In this document: in pieces, positions 24,646-38,486 of the stretch
How the letters are laid out: the number at the start of each line of letters is the position of its first letter
How positions within the stretch are numbered: position 1 is the stretch's first letter
Source of the DNA: Toensbergia leucococca
Lineage: Eukaryota
Direction: 5' to 3'
NCBI GenBank assembly: GCA_022813965.1
Contig: JALDZS010000054.1
Span: 1 to 64,000, forward strand
DNA: 64,000 nucleotides
Program-made: the position numbers and the translations under genes
Notes under the pieces: model-generated
The model's database searches: none
The model's input: only the letters and a program-made list of their open reading frames with translations
What the model was told of the DNA's origin: nothing

Positions 24646-26640
24646 ATGGTGAGCATTACAATAACTAGGAGGGAGTCGCATCTGGTGGCTCTTCCATTTG
24701 AGATCCTGAGCAATGTGGTCACTCATGTACTTTCAAACTTCTCTAGGTTCTAATCCTCATCACCATGCTAACAAGTGCTCATTGTAGCTACTGTCCTCCT
24801 CAGACCTCAGCAAACTTAGCCGCTCATGTAAACACCTTAGATCTCAGCTTCAGCCTACCTTGTACAAAGATCTTACTTTGTACGTGCCCTCGGTATGGAC
24901 GACTCTCAGACCTTTAGAGAATCTCTTGCTGTCTTCCCTAGAATCTTTACAATTTACCTCCGGCATCTCCATCCTACAAAAAGATCGTTTCTCTTCGCAG
25001 TATCAAGATCCGGACCTTGAAAGGGAACTTAGTGAAAAGGAAACCGTATCTGGAGTTGAAGATCTGCTACTGGCGAAGGCATCTCGATCTGGAGATCTGA
25101 ACGTCTTCATCAGGCTTCTGATCAGCAAACTCCCTGTAAATCATCTGCAGAAATTTTGGTATGTTACTTTCTTTAGACAAATAGTAGTCTATCGCAAATT
25201 AGTATGAATGCTTACAATTTTCTAGTTGGCTCCACAGCTGTGTACTTGGCTCGAATACAATCAGCCATTTGACGAGACGACATCGTGCTATGCTTAAAGA
25301 CCTTAGGTTTGATACGCATTCACCAGGTTGAAATTCTGACGGGCAAATGCCGCACAATCTTGAAACACTTCACGTTGCCTCGCTGGTAGGCAACGGCATA
25401 GGGTCCTTCTGGCCAATTCAATTATTGGTGAAAAGTCGTCAAACCATCCATCATCTAAAGCTTGGGTTTGAGAGAAGCTTTGCATTTGCTTTTATTGACC
25501 GTGAATCTGAAATTATAGAAGGCGTAAGAGGCACAGATTGGATGTCTGCTCAACTTCTGGATGACATTATACTATCGAATGATCAGCTTGATAGTACAAG
25601 GCCTACGAAAAGAAAGAAACGGGAAGTAGGGTACGAGAACACGCAGGATTTTTCACGGACAACATCCCTTCATCTTCAATCTCTTCATCTCGTTGGGTTG
25701 AACTTCGATTACTTAAATTTCCAATCCTCCCTGCTATCGTTGATTTCAAAGATCTACAGTCACTCTGTCTAGAATCCTGCGAAGGCCTGAACGAGGCTTT
25801 CCCCCTATTGATTGCCATTCATAAGAGCCACTGTGATGCAAAGTCATGGAACCTGAAAGCTTTTGTACTAAGGCACGAGCGATCAACTGATGAGCTTCAA
25901 GCCCATATAAAAACCTTCCTCCGCTCTTTTGAGGGGCTTGTTCATCTTTCAGTACTCCTCGATGGTTCAGGAAGCATCATGTCAACGTCATGTTTTACCA
26001 AGACTCACGGTTTGACTCTCAAGACGCTAGTATGGGACCAGCGATTAGAACCACAGGTTTATCATATTTATAACTATCCTGATCTAGAGGATATTTTCAT
26101 TCATTGCCCTCGTCTCATAGAGCTCAGCATGGTTATCGATTATGAGAACAGACCATGGGAGTCTCATCATGTTAAAGAGGTAAAAATCAATCGTGGCATC
26201 ATTTGAGAAAGTGGCTGATTTCTAGAAAGAAGTTTTTCAAAAATTTCTTACAACTCAAGTATCTCAAGACGTTAAACATACGCAACCTCTACGAAGGCTC
26301 CGGATTACTCTCAAAGAAGGATTGCGAAAGTTTTGCCATGAAATTTTTGGAGCTAATGATAACCATGCATCGGCAAAGAAACGAGGGAAACAATCACCCT
26401 TCATTGAACATCATCACACTCGGCGCACTGACGTATAGGGATGCATGGGTCGGGAGGACTGGATGGGCTCGAAATCGCGTCGATCGTTACCTCACTCCCC
26501 GAACCTGGTACATTGAGTACATTCGCACGATTCAAAACGTCTGGAAGCCGGTGCTTACTCTGGTGGCTGATGGCACATCTGCTGGTGCTGAAAGGTATTC
26601 TACCAACACACGGATCCTGGAACCATACTGGCTGAATTGA
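24646..26640 (+). pseudogene. F-box/LRR-like protein pseudogene
   Basis: LVALPFEILSNVVTH|LLSSSDLSKLSRSCKHLR..LYKDL is F-box-like. In-frame TGA at 25329-25331 and a frameshift near 25700-25740 (continues as AIVDFKDLQSLCLESCEGL). LRR-like strands; ends LEPYWLN*. Confidence 0.75.
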
Positions 26641-28510
26641 TGAACCACCCAGCGCTCTAGCACGGCTTAGGGAGGGAGAACGGGAAAATTTCGAGATGAA
26701 TTCATTTGATTGCAGTGATTCCTTCGCATTAGGTACTACAATAGAAAGAAGCAAGTCGTATGAGGAAGCGGAGCTAGTGGATCTTCAAGATCAATATGCG
26801 TATTTGCGGGTGCTGTATTCTCAGTACACGATCTCAAGACCCACGCAAAATTGAACAAACGAAGATGAAATGATTTTCCTTCTCGAGAATAATGCCCGTT
26901 TGAATAGAGGAAGATTCAAATTCTGTGTTTTTTCCTCGAGAATGACGCCTGTTTCTCCAAGATGCTCCTTTGATCAGCTAACACCATCCATACCCATGAA
27001 GACCCATATCATAACCTCCAGATTGAGCAAACAGAGGTTCCAACTTCGAGAAACATTTATTTCTCCCCCAAGATTACCGCTCTCCCAGCAAGACATCAAC
27101 AACACGACTCCTAGCAAATATCATCCTCACAAACCAAAGTATCCACAGAGCACACCCCTTCCACCCCCTCCACCACATCCCCCCCTCTCTCCTCTCTCAA
27201 AAAAAGGAGATACTTAGCACCAACACTGCCTAAAACCCCTTCCCACCTTACACAAGCCTCCCAATTTTGCATTCCCAAATTATATTGCACACTCAAACTT
27301 CAAGCATTTTCAACAACCCTTATCATCCCTCTTCGTCCCCCCTCCCCCCACCTTCCCAACGAGTACTTCCTTTCCCATTTCAAGAGATGGAGAGAGTATA
27401 CGGGAGGTAAATATCCTACAGAGTCAACCAAAACGACTGTAACAGACTAGACTTGCATAATTTCCTTTCAGGGACGATAAAGCAACGTACCGAGCTGCAT
27501 GACTACGCCAGTCGCATTGACTGGGTTCGGTTCTAGTGGTCTGTAGCGGAAATGCGGTAGAGGAGCTGGAGGGTGGACCTCTGGGCGGGTTGCGGGAAAT
27601 GCGGTAGGAGTACTCAGGGAGGTGTGGGTGGTCTGGTATTTCGCTGGTACCGGACTGGCTTGATGGGAGGAGGGGGGGAGGGGCAGGTGATTGGGTCGGG
27701 ATGGAGTGGTCGGGTTTTTGAGAAGGCTGTGGGAGAGTAGGGGTGCGGGGGGGATGGGGTGAAGAGTTTGAAATAGTCGGGGATCAGGTATCAAGAAGAG
27801 GAATCTATCTTGCGTCAATGCGTCGCCCTCAGGGCAGCCTTGGAGCACGAATACATGTTCAGGGAGATGACGCATCACCTAGCCTCAACAATCAGCATGA
27901 GGAACCTGACATCTCTCCTACTCGATGGATTGGGTGATGTGGGACTGGAACGAGAGTGTGTTGTTTCTTGGTTCCTATACAAGACACGTACTACCGAGAT
28001 TAGTGACATCATTTGAGCTGCATCTGAGTGAGACTTTCAGACTTTTGGTATCTCATCACTGTACAAACAAAACAATGAGACTGCTTCGCTTAGATGAGAT
28101 GAGATCCAGTACTTTTATAGAAACAAAAAAACGGCTTCGATGAAGTTGTCTTTGCCCTTGGGGAGTAGAGACTCGCAGAAGCGGCAGAGAAGATCTTAGA
28201 GGCATAAGGAATTTACTAGTCCAATCAAGATCCCTCTTCTGGCAAGATTTGGGGTTTTGTGACAGTGGATGTTGGCTAGTAAAGTAAGTAGAGACTAAGT
28301 GGTTGTTCCAGGGTAATACAGGCGTTGCGATGGATAAATAGAAACAAAAAATCAGATTAGAAGATTGCCCCGGTCCTTGCAAACTTGCGGCTCTGCACTA
28401 TCCTAAAATATGTTATTCTCCGTACAAAAAGGACAGAGTCAGGCGTGTTCGATCGAGGTGTTGTTTCCGTAGTCTCGCCAAGGCCGATACTCAATGATTG
28501 TGAAAAGATT

Positions 28511-30220
28511 TTAAGAAAGGCTCGGGCCTCTCCCTGTGCGCGTCAACTTTTTCTTCTCCCAAATGATTGCGAGCATCTCCCTCCCAACGACCACTGCCCA
28601 AATAGATACAATGCATATTTCGAATATGAAAGCGAGTAGGTATGACATCTCGTCGCCGACAAAGAATCCATTAGCAGACACAGTGACGGTTCCGAAGCTG
28701 AACGTTGAGGTCATTACAAACGCCAGTAACATCAGAATGGATGTAGATGTGAAGACTTGGACGAAAACGATTGGACCGGATGAGGGAAGGGTGTAGGGAT
28801 CTGGAATACCATCTGGTTCCCGGGCTGGAGCGATATTGCGTTCAAAGTGACTAGGCATGCTGGTTGAAGGGATCGTTGTTGCTTCTGATGTCGCCCTGGC
28901 ATTCCCTCCGTTGAAAATGCTAGTACAAGAAATACATCTTGGACCAAATTTAGAATGATTTTCGGCCGAAGAGAATCTTGACGGATGTTGAGGTAGACCA
29001 TGGTTTTTTTGCTCTCCCTTGTTCTTGTCAACAACCTCTACGATGAAGTATTAGTCGACAAAAAACGAGTCTTGGGACCTTAGCAATATACCGTATAAAA
29101 CTTCCCCGGCTGCTAGAATTGGTAGGGCTATTAGTAGTAATGGCACAATCTGCCCAAATCCCATAGAGTTCTCGTCGCCATGAACTGCTGGACGATTGGC
29201 CCATCGATAACAGTATATCTGAGTTATGCCGAAGACGTTACCGAAAAAAAGCCATGTTATCTGCCATAAGAAAGAGTCAAGATATTCACTAAAGAAGAAT
29301 AGGGAGAAGTAGAGACAGGATCGTGGTGACATCCGGTTCCGGAATCCTGAAGCAAGTCCTGTTCGTAATCTCGATATGTTACTCGGACGAGGTTTCAAAT
29401 CCCAAAAACCTCTTAACGACTCGGCAACCCATCCAAGTAAACCGACTTTAGCGTGCCTGGAATATAATGGTACTATACTGTTGCCGTAAGCAAAGAGGAG
29501 AAACAACGGAATACCAAAATCGAAAAATATAAAGGTTGCAGTCCCCTCTCCATCTGTATTTTGTCCCCACGGAGTATTATTGAAAATGCATTGTATGGGC
29601 ATTTTATAATCTGAATAGTACAGTTGTGTAATCAGCAGAGCGTAGAAGAGCATGCCTAGCATGCATAGCATTCCGATCGTCCTCCATGTCTTGACGATTG
29701 GATGGTGAATCAAGTAATCTTGAAGAACAGCAAGTGTTGACAGATGGGTCGTTGATGAGAGCCAGGCTAGTGCTGACACAATAGTAAAATGGTAGGCAGT
29801 GATAGAACATCTTTCGCTGTACCCGGTGATAAGAATAGCTAGTCCAGTAACAAGTTGTTGGTCGCTAAGACCCAAGATGAACTTTTGCAATGCCTCTCTG
29901 CGTATTTCGCCTGTAGTCATGGTGGTCGTGCCTCCATTTCCTAGCCACACATATCGCCTTATATTCTCGATAACAAAGTGGTCAAGCTGATTCAGGGAGG
30001 CGTCCGGGAGAGAATATGTAATATATCCGAATACAATGGCTAGGAGCGTTATGACCGTGGTTGCGACAAAGGAGACAATGACCTGCCATAGAGTTCAAAT
30101 CCACGATCGATGACTCAATTCCAACACAGAGGAAGGCTTGCATACTCCGAGCCCAGCAATATCTGGGTCTGCCTGAACTTCGTGAGAAGTCGAGCAATTG
30201 AGAGCTTTGCAAGTGCTCAT
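28511..30220 (-). CDS. Uncharacterised multi-pass fungal membrane protein
   Basis: ADPDIAGLG|VIVSF, LSDQQLVTGLAILITGY, AYHF..V..LAWLSSTTHL, MGFGQIVPLLLIALP. Two introns join to ORF 28511..28858. Confidence 0.8.
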
Positions 30221-31101
30221 AGCTTGTATCAGCTATTCCGCAACAATTAAATCAGAAGCGAATTTGTGGCGCAGCGACTGTTGAGAGGCTGGGAAAGGGC
30301 TGAAATGGAAAGAGTCACAATGCTGCGAGTACTGGTATTCTAGAGAAGTCACTGATTACTGCTGAAAGAAGATCACTCGATAGTACAGAAAGAAGCACTG
30401 AAACACAGGAGTGGCGGACCTCATTTCTTCAAAAAGCCATGAACACAAGCACGTTAGGCCACGTACCACGCGGCATAAAACCTGTTATCAATAGTTCTAT
30501 GTCGAGCTTGTAGACGCTTCTTCATTCAAAGGACGCTCATTGCGCGACAATGGGCCGAAGTCTCCACGAGGCTGATTTCTTAGTAGTGCTTAGTGTTTGA
30601 TCGCCAAGATGTGTGGCGTGTAGGCTGCCCTGGATAGGAGATAGGGTAATCAATGATAAAACTCGCGTTTTTGCTAGAGAATACCTAGCCCTAGAGCTCG
30701 AGGCAGAACTGAGCGAACTGAGATAAGTAAAGCTCCGTTTGAAGATGGGTAACCGCCTACAGAGAGTTGATAATTTGGATGCATCCATCGCAGAGCGGCG
30801 TGGGAAGTGAAAGACAATGCATGAGTTGATAAATATAGAGATGAGATGGAAAAAATGTGACAGACAAGTGGAAATAGTTGGTATTCTTTCCGTACTCTCA
30901 TCCGAGTAGAACAGAATAGAATACAAGTACGGATAATTTCGTTGCTGTCGCGGAAAAAACCGCCTCGCACGGTCACGTGGAGGAGTAGAATCTGTCAACA
31001 AGTTCATCGCCTTCTCCCCGGTAGCATACTACTCGCCCAATCTACTCTGACAATACTCTTGTGTGGATAGCACCCTAAAGCCAGACATTTGTCATGATGC
31101 T

Positions 31102-32810
31102 ATGAATACTTTGCCGGCTTTCGCTTGTACGTGATAACCCCCGCAAGATACCGCATTGGCTAATGTCTCAACAGCAACACAGCAGTCGCTTCCATCACCA
31201 GATGGCCAACTTATTGCTACCATTGACCGCTCAGCTCTAATCATTCGCTCATCCCAGAACTGCGAAAAGGTTCTCACGTTTCCCTTGCCTACTGGCTTCA
31301 CCTCCCAATGTCGTTATCTACGTTGGTCTAATCGCCGAGACACTGCTGCAGAGGATGCAGAACTGAGCCGGAGCGAAAATGGATTGGTCCAACGTATACT
31401 CATAGCTAGCGAAGACACAGTCCGCATTCTTGGACCCACTCAGCCTGAATGGCATGCTGAGATCAGGGGCGCAGATAGCAACATAGGTAAGATAGCGAAT
31501 GTGGACTTTGGATACACCTCCAATGAAGTCGTGGTCTTCTCCGATTTTGGTATCAAAGTCACCGTCTGGTCTTTGGTCACTAGTCGAGGGGTAGAGATCA
31601 AGGATCCAAAGTTCGTAAAAAAGGGGTATGGCTTCAGGCCTCGGACCGGACATCTGGCCGTTATCATAAGAGAGACAGTTCATGACCTTTTGATGTTACT
31701 TGCTCCTGGAACACACGAGCTAGTCAAAGCCATATCGCTAGCGACTGTGGATGCTCAAGATCTGCAATGGAGCCCTGATAGTCGATGGCTTGCAATTTGG
31801 GACTCCACAAGCAGTGGGTACAAAGTCCTAATATACACAGCGGATGGCAATCTTTTCCGAACATTTTCAGGGGGACAAGATATCGATTCTGTTGGACTTG
31901 GTGTGAGAACCGTAGGGTGGAGTCCCAAAGCCGATTTTCTAGCTGTTGGGGATTATGACGATCGTGTTACCCTGCTTATCAAGAACACTGTTAGTTGATT
32001 GTGCGACACCATCATCGATGCTCACTGACATGGAAACAGTTCATCCCTCTTGTTAGGTTTAGCCATTCGACTACACTCAATGTTTCCGAGGGAGCAATTG
32101 TATGGCAGGAACAGATTAACGCCTTCAAAGAACGCAGCTACGTTGTGGCACCTCACTCTGCGTGTCCCCCAGCACAGTCATCCCAATCCTCCAAAGACAC
32201 TCCGAAGACAGGTATCTCCATTATGAGCTTCAATTATGATGGAACTTTACTAGCAAGTAAGAGTGAATTTACCCCAACAACCGTCTGGATATGGTCACCC
32301 AAGTTCTCTAATGCTGTCGCTGTCTTAATTCATCATTCGCCTGTGAGAAAACTCGAATGGCATCCGACTATACCTAGCATGCTACTTATTCATTGTACTT
32401 CTGAAGATCCAATAATTCATCTCTGGGATGCCGCGTGGGAGGTTCCGCGGGTATTCGTTATGCAATTGGAGAGACTCGGCGGTAAAATGGAAGTAAGTTG
32501 GCTATATACCAATGTTGAATACGACCCGGCCCTGCTGTTTGGTAACGCACACAACTGTTTGGTAGGCCAAGTACTTGATGGCGGCGAGGGGTTTATTCAA
32601 TCACCTGAGAAAAGCATGATTGCAGGTCACGGGACAGAAGACATGTTTGATGAAGGAAACTCACTCGATTTCTCGCCTGTCAAACACCCACTAGAAGGTT
32701 TAGCGGACGGGAACCAGGATGATGCGTTCAATGAAGCGCTTCCTTCCTCAGGAAGTTGTTCAGATGATGTCGACGATACGTTTCATTACCGGCGTCACGG
32801 TAATGCCTAA
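31102..32810 (+). CDS. WD40-repeat protein, WRAP73/WDR8-like
   Basis: Exon 1 MNTLPAFA (intron 31127-31173), then PSPDGQLIA, WSPDSRWLAIWD, IYTADG, GLGVRTVGWSP, LAVGDYD. Second intron ~31990-32039. Confidence 0.8.
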
Positions 32811-32949
32811 CCTAAAGAGAAAATGTTGCAGAGAGAAGTGTGATTCATTGTCGACGTTGGTTTTATCTACCTTGAATGATGAGGATTTTGGCTCTATCTA
32901 ATATCCTAGGGAAATTTTTGTTCTCTTGTTCTCGTCACAGGATCACATG

Positions 32950-33400
32950 ATTCCCTTGAAGAAGGTGAAGGGTTCCTTCTCCGTGCTTGAACCACTAGGT
33001 TGTCTCAAGAAGGAGGGAAGATATTCAAATTGGTCAAAGAACAAGGCTTGAGTCAAACAGAAGAAACATAGGATCAAAAAGACACTTGATTCACAAAGGG
33101 AACCTGAGAATTTGGCAGTCATAGTCAAATAAGTCAGATGAAAATCTGACTGTACTCTTTGATTTACTGACTTAAATAATGACTTGGGTTCTGTAAAAGA
33201 AATCTGCAGTGAAATCTGAACAAAAAGTGATTGAGACAACTTTTCTATCCCTGAAAACGAAAGTCAACATAAAGGCTGCTGCATCTAAATCTATCACTAC
33301 AAAAGTTTGAGGCCTGTGAGATAAAATGACCATGATAGGTAGATGAGGCATTGCTAAATGAGGACAGAAGAAACAGGCAGTGCTCATGAGACAAAATTCA
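32950..33400 (+). other. CpG-depleted degenerate coding relic (RIP-like)
   Basis: One + frame reads protein-like but is interrupted by TGA/TAA codons consistent with CGA/CAA transitions. CpG is nearly absent. Confidence 0.4.
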
Positions 33401-33665
33401 TCCAGAATCTAAACAGCAATGTCGAAAAGATTAAATAGCCACAACGGAACAATGTTTGTACTTTGAATAGCAGATTGTGGGCAGAAGCATGGTCAGATCA
33501 ATGTACTAACAAACCTATCTCCATCCTCAGGGGACTTTTCCGCCGGGACAAGCCCCCGCTCTCCTACCCGCGTGAACATGAATTTCATGACCTAAGATAA
33601 TTCCCCATCCCCCTTCCCGATCCCCAAAAAGCGTCATCCAACCAACTCCCCACACATTCCACGCC

Positions 33666-34537
33666 ATGGCCGACTCCGGTCTACGGACTCGAAATGCTAC
33701 CTCATCCAACAAGCCTACAAGAGCACCACAAAAGACCCAACCCGACCACAATGACCCCGCCCCAAAATCCCCTTTCCGGCCCTCTGCACTCGACATCCTT
33801 CGTATCCTCGGCGGGCTCTTCCTTCTCTCGTGCACGCTTTCTTACTTCATAACCAACGACTCCCTCTTCTGGGGTCGACGGCCTGCATTCACCCGCCCGG
33901 CTCGGATACGCGCATGGTTTGTAAATCTCTCTCTCTCTCTCTCAGAATCTGCGCTGTTGCGCCGAACATGAAAGAATAGGGGAGGTGTTTTTGCACAAGA
34001 GCTCGTTGGCTGATTGCTGTTAATTGCTGAACCTAGCGCGGTTCTCTCTTCCTCACCGATGATCAGCTAGCGCTCTATAACGGCACCGACTCCACACTGC
34101 CCATATACCTGGGTATTAACGGCTCCATCTACGATGTTAGCGCCTCTCCGCACCTCTATGGCCCAGGCGGCTCCTATCACTTCTTCGCTGGTAGAGAGGC
34201 TACTAGGGCTTTTGTTACGGGATGTTTTGAGGAAGATCTGACGCCTGATCTGAGGGGGGTGGAGGAGATGTTCGTGCCCGTTGGCCCGGATGAGGTTGAG
34301 GGGGAGAGTGGGGCGGAGAGGAAGATTAGGAGGGAGAGAGAGCGGAGGGTTGCGAGGGGGAAGGTGAAGGAGACGGTGGGGGGGTGGGAGAGGATGTTTG
34401 ATGGGGGGAAGGGGGGGAAGTATTTCTGGGTTGGGAGGGTGAGGAGGGAAGTGGGGTGGGAGGGGAGGTTGGAGAGGAGGGAGTTATGTGAGAAGGCTAG
34501 GAAGGGGAGGCCGAAGAGGGGGAAGAGTGATGCGTGA
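33666..34537 (+). CDS. Cytochrome b5-like heme/steroid-binding (MAPR family) membrane protein
   Basis: N-terminal TM helix; intron 33921-34036; LTDDQLALYNGTD..LPIYLGINGSIYDVS....YGPGGSYHFFAGREATRAFVTGCF. Confidence 0.92.
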
Positions 34538-34845
34538 GTGTCGGGTTTCTGGATGGATGGATTTGTCTGGATTTGAATTTGATGTATATTTCGGGGCTGG
34601 ATATTTTGGTCTGTAGCGCTGATGTGTTGCAAAATGTCAGGGCTCGTTCTCGAGGTTAAGGCCCGAATTCGGCAAAGACGGGAGTTGTGTGCGGTGGTAC
34701 AGGTCTAGAAGATTGCAAATTGGTACATGAACCCTCGAAGCCCTACCGGGGTTTGCACATTTTTCTAGAAGCTGCTATTGCATCCCTTAACGACACTTCC
34801 GCCTTGGCAATTGCAAGAAATAGGCACCCAACGAACAATTATTCC

Positions 34846-35399
34846 CTATTCCGCAGCCGTCACAGCGCGAGCTACAAAACCAATTAGTTCTCACCTCATT
34901 CAATAAATCCCCGCCGACAGGGAACACGGGACCCAATATTTAACATACTATAAATGCTCAGTTTGCTATGCCCCACCACCTTCTTAATCTGCCCCTTCTC
35001 CTCCAGATCATTTAGTGCCTTTCGCGCAAGACTTCCGTTGATCTTGAGCCGATCGACCAGGGTGGCGACGGTGATGAGACGGTAGGATTGCACGTCTTTG
35101 TAGAGTTTGTCCGAGGTGGCTTTGTCAAGGATTACGGCGTGGTTGGCCTTGTCCTTGACTGATTTAAGGGAACGAAGAACAGGTAATTAGCTTTGGCGGG
35201 TTTGGATGGGAAGAATGCATATTGGGATGGTGGGAGAGGGATTTTGGAACGGAGGGGGAAAGGGTTTGGGATGTAGGAGAGTTGTGACGCACCTTTGCCC
35301 TTGGACCACTTCTTCTTTTGTTTTTTGGCGCCAGTCGCTGCAGGGGCCTAGGGAAGTCTTAGTACTTCTCAACGAGGGACGTAGAATGGGACCTACCAT
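34846..35399 (-). CDS. RPS25: 40S ribosomal protein S25 (eS25)
   Basis: M|APAATGAKKQKKKWSKGK|VKDKANHAVILDK...YRLITVATLVDRLKINGSLARKAL...KLSIY|TRAVTAAE*. Three introns. Confidence 0.97.
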
Positions 35400-35755
35400 G
35401 ATTACGAATTTGGTATGGTGATGGAAGTTGTCGAAAGAGCTGTGGCGTGGTCGAAAATTGAATGTGGGGGATTGGCTAAGCGAGGGCTACTTCGTGCGTT
35501 TAGGCTCTTTGGTGAAGTTGGCCTTTCTTAAAGACTAGATTTGAGAATTCTTTTCCTACTCTTCAACATGATAAATCAATTGGATCACTGCCGTTCTAAT
35601 GGGTTGAACGACTAATTGGGAAAAGAATGCCTGAAATACTTTACTTCGACCTGACAATTGCCTACTATTGTTCCAACCGTGGCAATCACACTCGAAACGC
35701 TTTGAGTATTTGACTCGGAGCCACTTGAAATTCCTTGTCGTAATCTATCCTATCA

Positions 35756-36295
35756 TCATGGTGGAACCCTTGGATATGCACATGTATGCGGCTCCGGCGG
35801 AGGAGTCGCTCGCACTTCTTCCAACCCAAGAACAAAAACCCACAGCGGCCTACCCGCAATCACCTCTGATCTACCTCCCAGCTGTGGCGACATGGTGTCG
35901 ACAACGCAGTCGCGTATAAGGTCAAGTGCTACGTCAGTGATGCTATCCATTGGCACAGAGACGGCTGCAGCAGGATCGTGCGAAATAATGTGAAGCCCGA
36001 CGCTGCAGGTGCCATATGACCAGGCGTAGGGCACCTGGAATGCGCTTTCAGATTGCGAATAAGATTCAGCTATGTTACTCGGGATGTCGCAGAGCATGTC
36101 GCCGATCACTTGATAGCAATCGGTTGAAATCATCCGGTCGAAGTGATGTGGGGAAGGTCTTTGCAAGAAACAGTTGGAGGTGGTTCGTTTGGGTAGGGAG
36201 TTGGAGAGGGCATGAGGATTGAGACTGGAAGGAGCTGCGAGTATAGGGATGGGATACAGGAGAGAGGGAAGAAGAAAGAAGACCCAAGTGAGCAT
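35756..36295 (-). CDS. Small secreted cysteine-containing protein (effector-like)
   Basis: Signal peptide MLTWVFFLLPSLLYPIPILAAP, Kex2-like KR site, Cys pattern with VPYAWSYGTC and LIRDCV..LGG. Intronless, ~179 aa. Confidence 0.7.
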   Translation of the reverse strand: MLTWVFFLLPSLLYPIPILAAPSSLNPHALSNSLPKRTTSNCFLQRPSPHHFDRMISTDCYQVIGDMLCDIPSNIAESYSQSESAFQVPYAWSYGTCSVGLHIISHDPAAAVSVPMDSITDVALDLIRDCVVDTMSPQLGGRSEVIAGRPLWVFVLGLEEVRATPPPEPHTCAYPRVPP

Positions 36296-38486
36296 AATGC
36301 TTTGGATGAAGAAAGCGATGTCGAAAACAAGAGTCTTGATGTCTACGGTCAAAGCTTGAAAGGCTGGATATTAGAATCCGGATGATGATATACATATCTA
36401 CTCTATTGCCGTCCTCTGTAAGTTATACCCTGCGGCTTGAAGGCCAATTGCTATTTTCCCGACGGAAATCGCATATTAACCTCCACGTTTCAGATGAAAG
36501 TACAGGCTTTTGTACCGACTTTTCCAAGGGTGACATTTTGTAATAGTTCAGGAACTATTTTCCGGCTTGTGATAAACTCCCTTTATGTGACAAGCCAAAA
36601 CTCAGCAAGTCCTGAGAGCCGTCAAAAGATGGTTTCTTTCAATAGCAGCATAGTTCCTGGTCGGAAAAAGGTGCTCACTAGAAAATTCAATTTCAGTACC
36701 ATGACAGGTATGCATACTACTATTCTCTGGGATATCTAGCATCTGGGACTCATTTTCATGAGTGTCTACCGCTTTGCCAATTCGTTGCATTAATTGAGAA
36801 CATGTTGATCATCATACCAGGTGTTTCCTCTGTAATAAACTTGCTCCACAGCTTTGCGATCCAGTCAAACGGAGGTTGAAATCTTGGTTTTCCTGTAGGA
36901 CGTCACTGTGTGTGTCGGCCTGATCATCTTCCTATCTATAACATTCGCTGAGATCTCAATGCGGCTGAGGCACAGCAGATCATGAAATCAACACTTACAT
37001 ATTACAAAATCATTCTCAGGTTCTGCCTCGTCATACTAATTTATCTCTCCTTCACTGTTCTGCAATCACGTTGACTAGCGAGGAGTATCGTCGAAGTCTC
37101 CGAGTGTCTCTCTTGATGAAAATTGTACGGATGTATTCACAATTAAGCTTTCGCTGTTGGCACAGATATACGCACCAACCTTCATACGCAACATCACTTC
37201 TAGCAATCACGTTGTTCCTTGTTGTCCATATGTCACCAGATCATCCTACTCCGATTGAGTAATGCACCGTTCAAAAGAACAGGGCTGGTGGATCAGGGAT
37301 GACGCTGTAAAAATTTGCGTTTTCTTGCTCGGCAAGATGCGCGGAATCAACGGCATCAGTCAGGGCTCAAACTTAAAGAGCGGATTACTCGCCCTCGTGT
37401 CATCGACATCTCTCAAACAACTCATACCAGTTATCTTCGTCGAATCGCCTTAGCTTTGTGTATGCTAGATCTGTCAAAACCTTGATACTACCCTCCATAC
37501 TACTCCAAATATTTGAACCTGTTTTTAATTACAATTGGAGTAATGCCGCCAAGATCGCAGACCGCGTTCAATATGACTCTTCATCCTCCTTCTTGCCTTG
37601 ATCCTTTTCATCGTCCTCAACATCCTCGTCATCATTCTTGCTTGAAGATCAGACATTATGTCAGCTGTCTAGTCTAGAGCCGGAGACTGCACAGACACTT
37701 CATGAATTAACACCTTAGATTTGGACTTCGACAAAGTGGGGAGCGAGGTAAGAAGTACACAATGCTGGTGAAAGAGTTGAGAATGCATTCCGTGTCGGGC
37801 TAGATCGGGCTTCCATTAGTCTGTCGCAAAGGTCATAGATTGAAAATAACTTTTAATTGGACTTTTGATCTAAATATCACTGTGACATCTATATTTTCAC
37901 TCAAAGTTAGAAGACCTACCGATACCTTGTCTGTTGAAGTCATTCACCCCTCGACCCCGAGAATTTAAATGCTAACTGCTAAGGGCTCGCCTCCCTCTGC
38001 GGGAAGTCGTTAGCGTACCCGTCATCAAATGAAGCTAAATAACAAAGCTCCGAGCTCAAATCCGAGGATTGCATCGTTGCTCAATATCCGTACCAACGAG
38101 CCTGTCTTCCTGATTGGCTGCAATCCATCTTCGCACCATTCAAATGTATATTCACGATGATTCATGCCTCAGTCCTTTATCACCAGTAGCAGAGGAAGTG
38201 AAGAAGGCAAATGTCTTCCTGTTGCTGTTGGCAGATATGCGCTCCAACATTTATGATTCATGCGCAGCACGAACTTCACTGAAACATCATGTCAAAGCCG
38301 ATCGTTGTTAGATCGTGCAGAACTCCCACTATACTCCCTGTCTCTACCTCTCTCATTATGCTGCTTCTGCAGGATTCCACATTTTCCTCTTGCGAACTGA
38401 TTATATCAGCGTCTGGACGCATATCGCTTTTGCGCTTTTCCCCTACTTAATACTGGTCTTGCTGGCCAAGACTCACGACAATCATC

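Noticed and set aside
33926..33943. (TC)9 microsatellite
   Set aside because: Ordinary intronic simple repeat.
37070..37720. Acidic coding-like stretch with acceptor-like site on the minus strand
   Set aside because: Short, stop-ridden and unidentifiable; no gene model can be supported.
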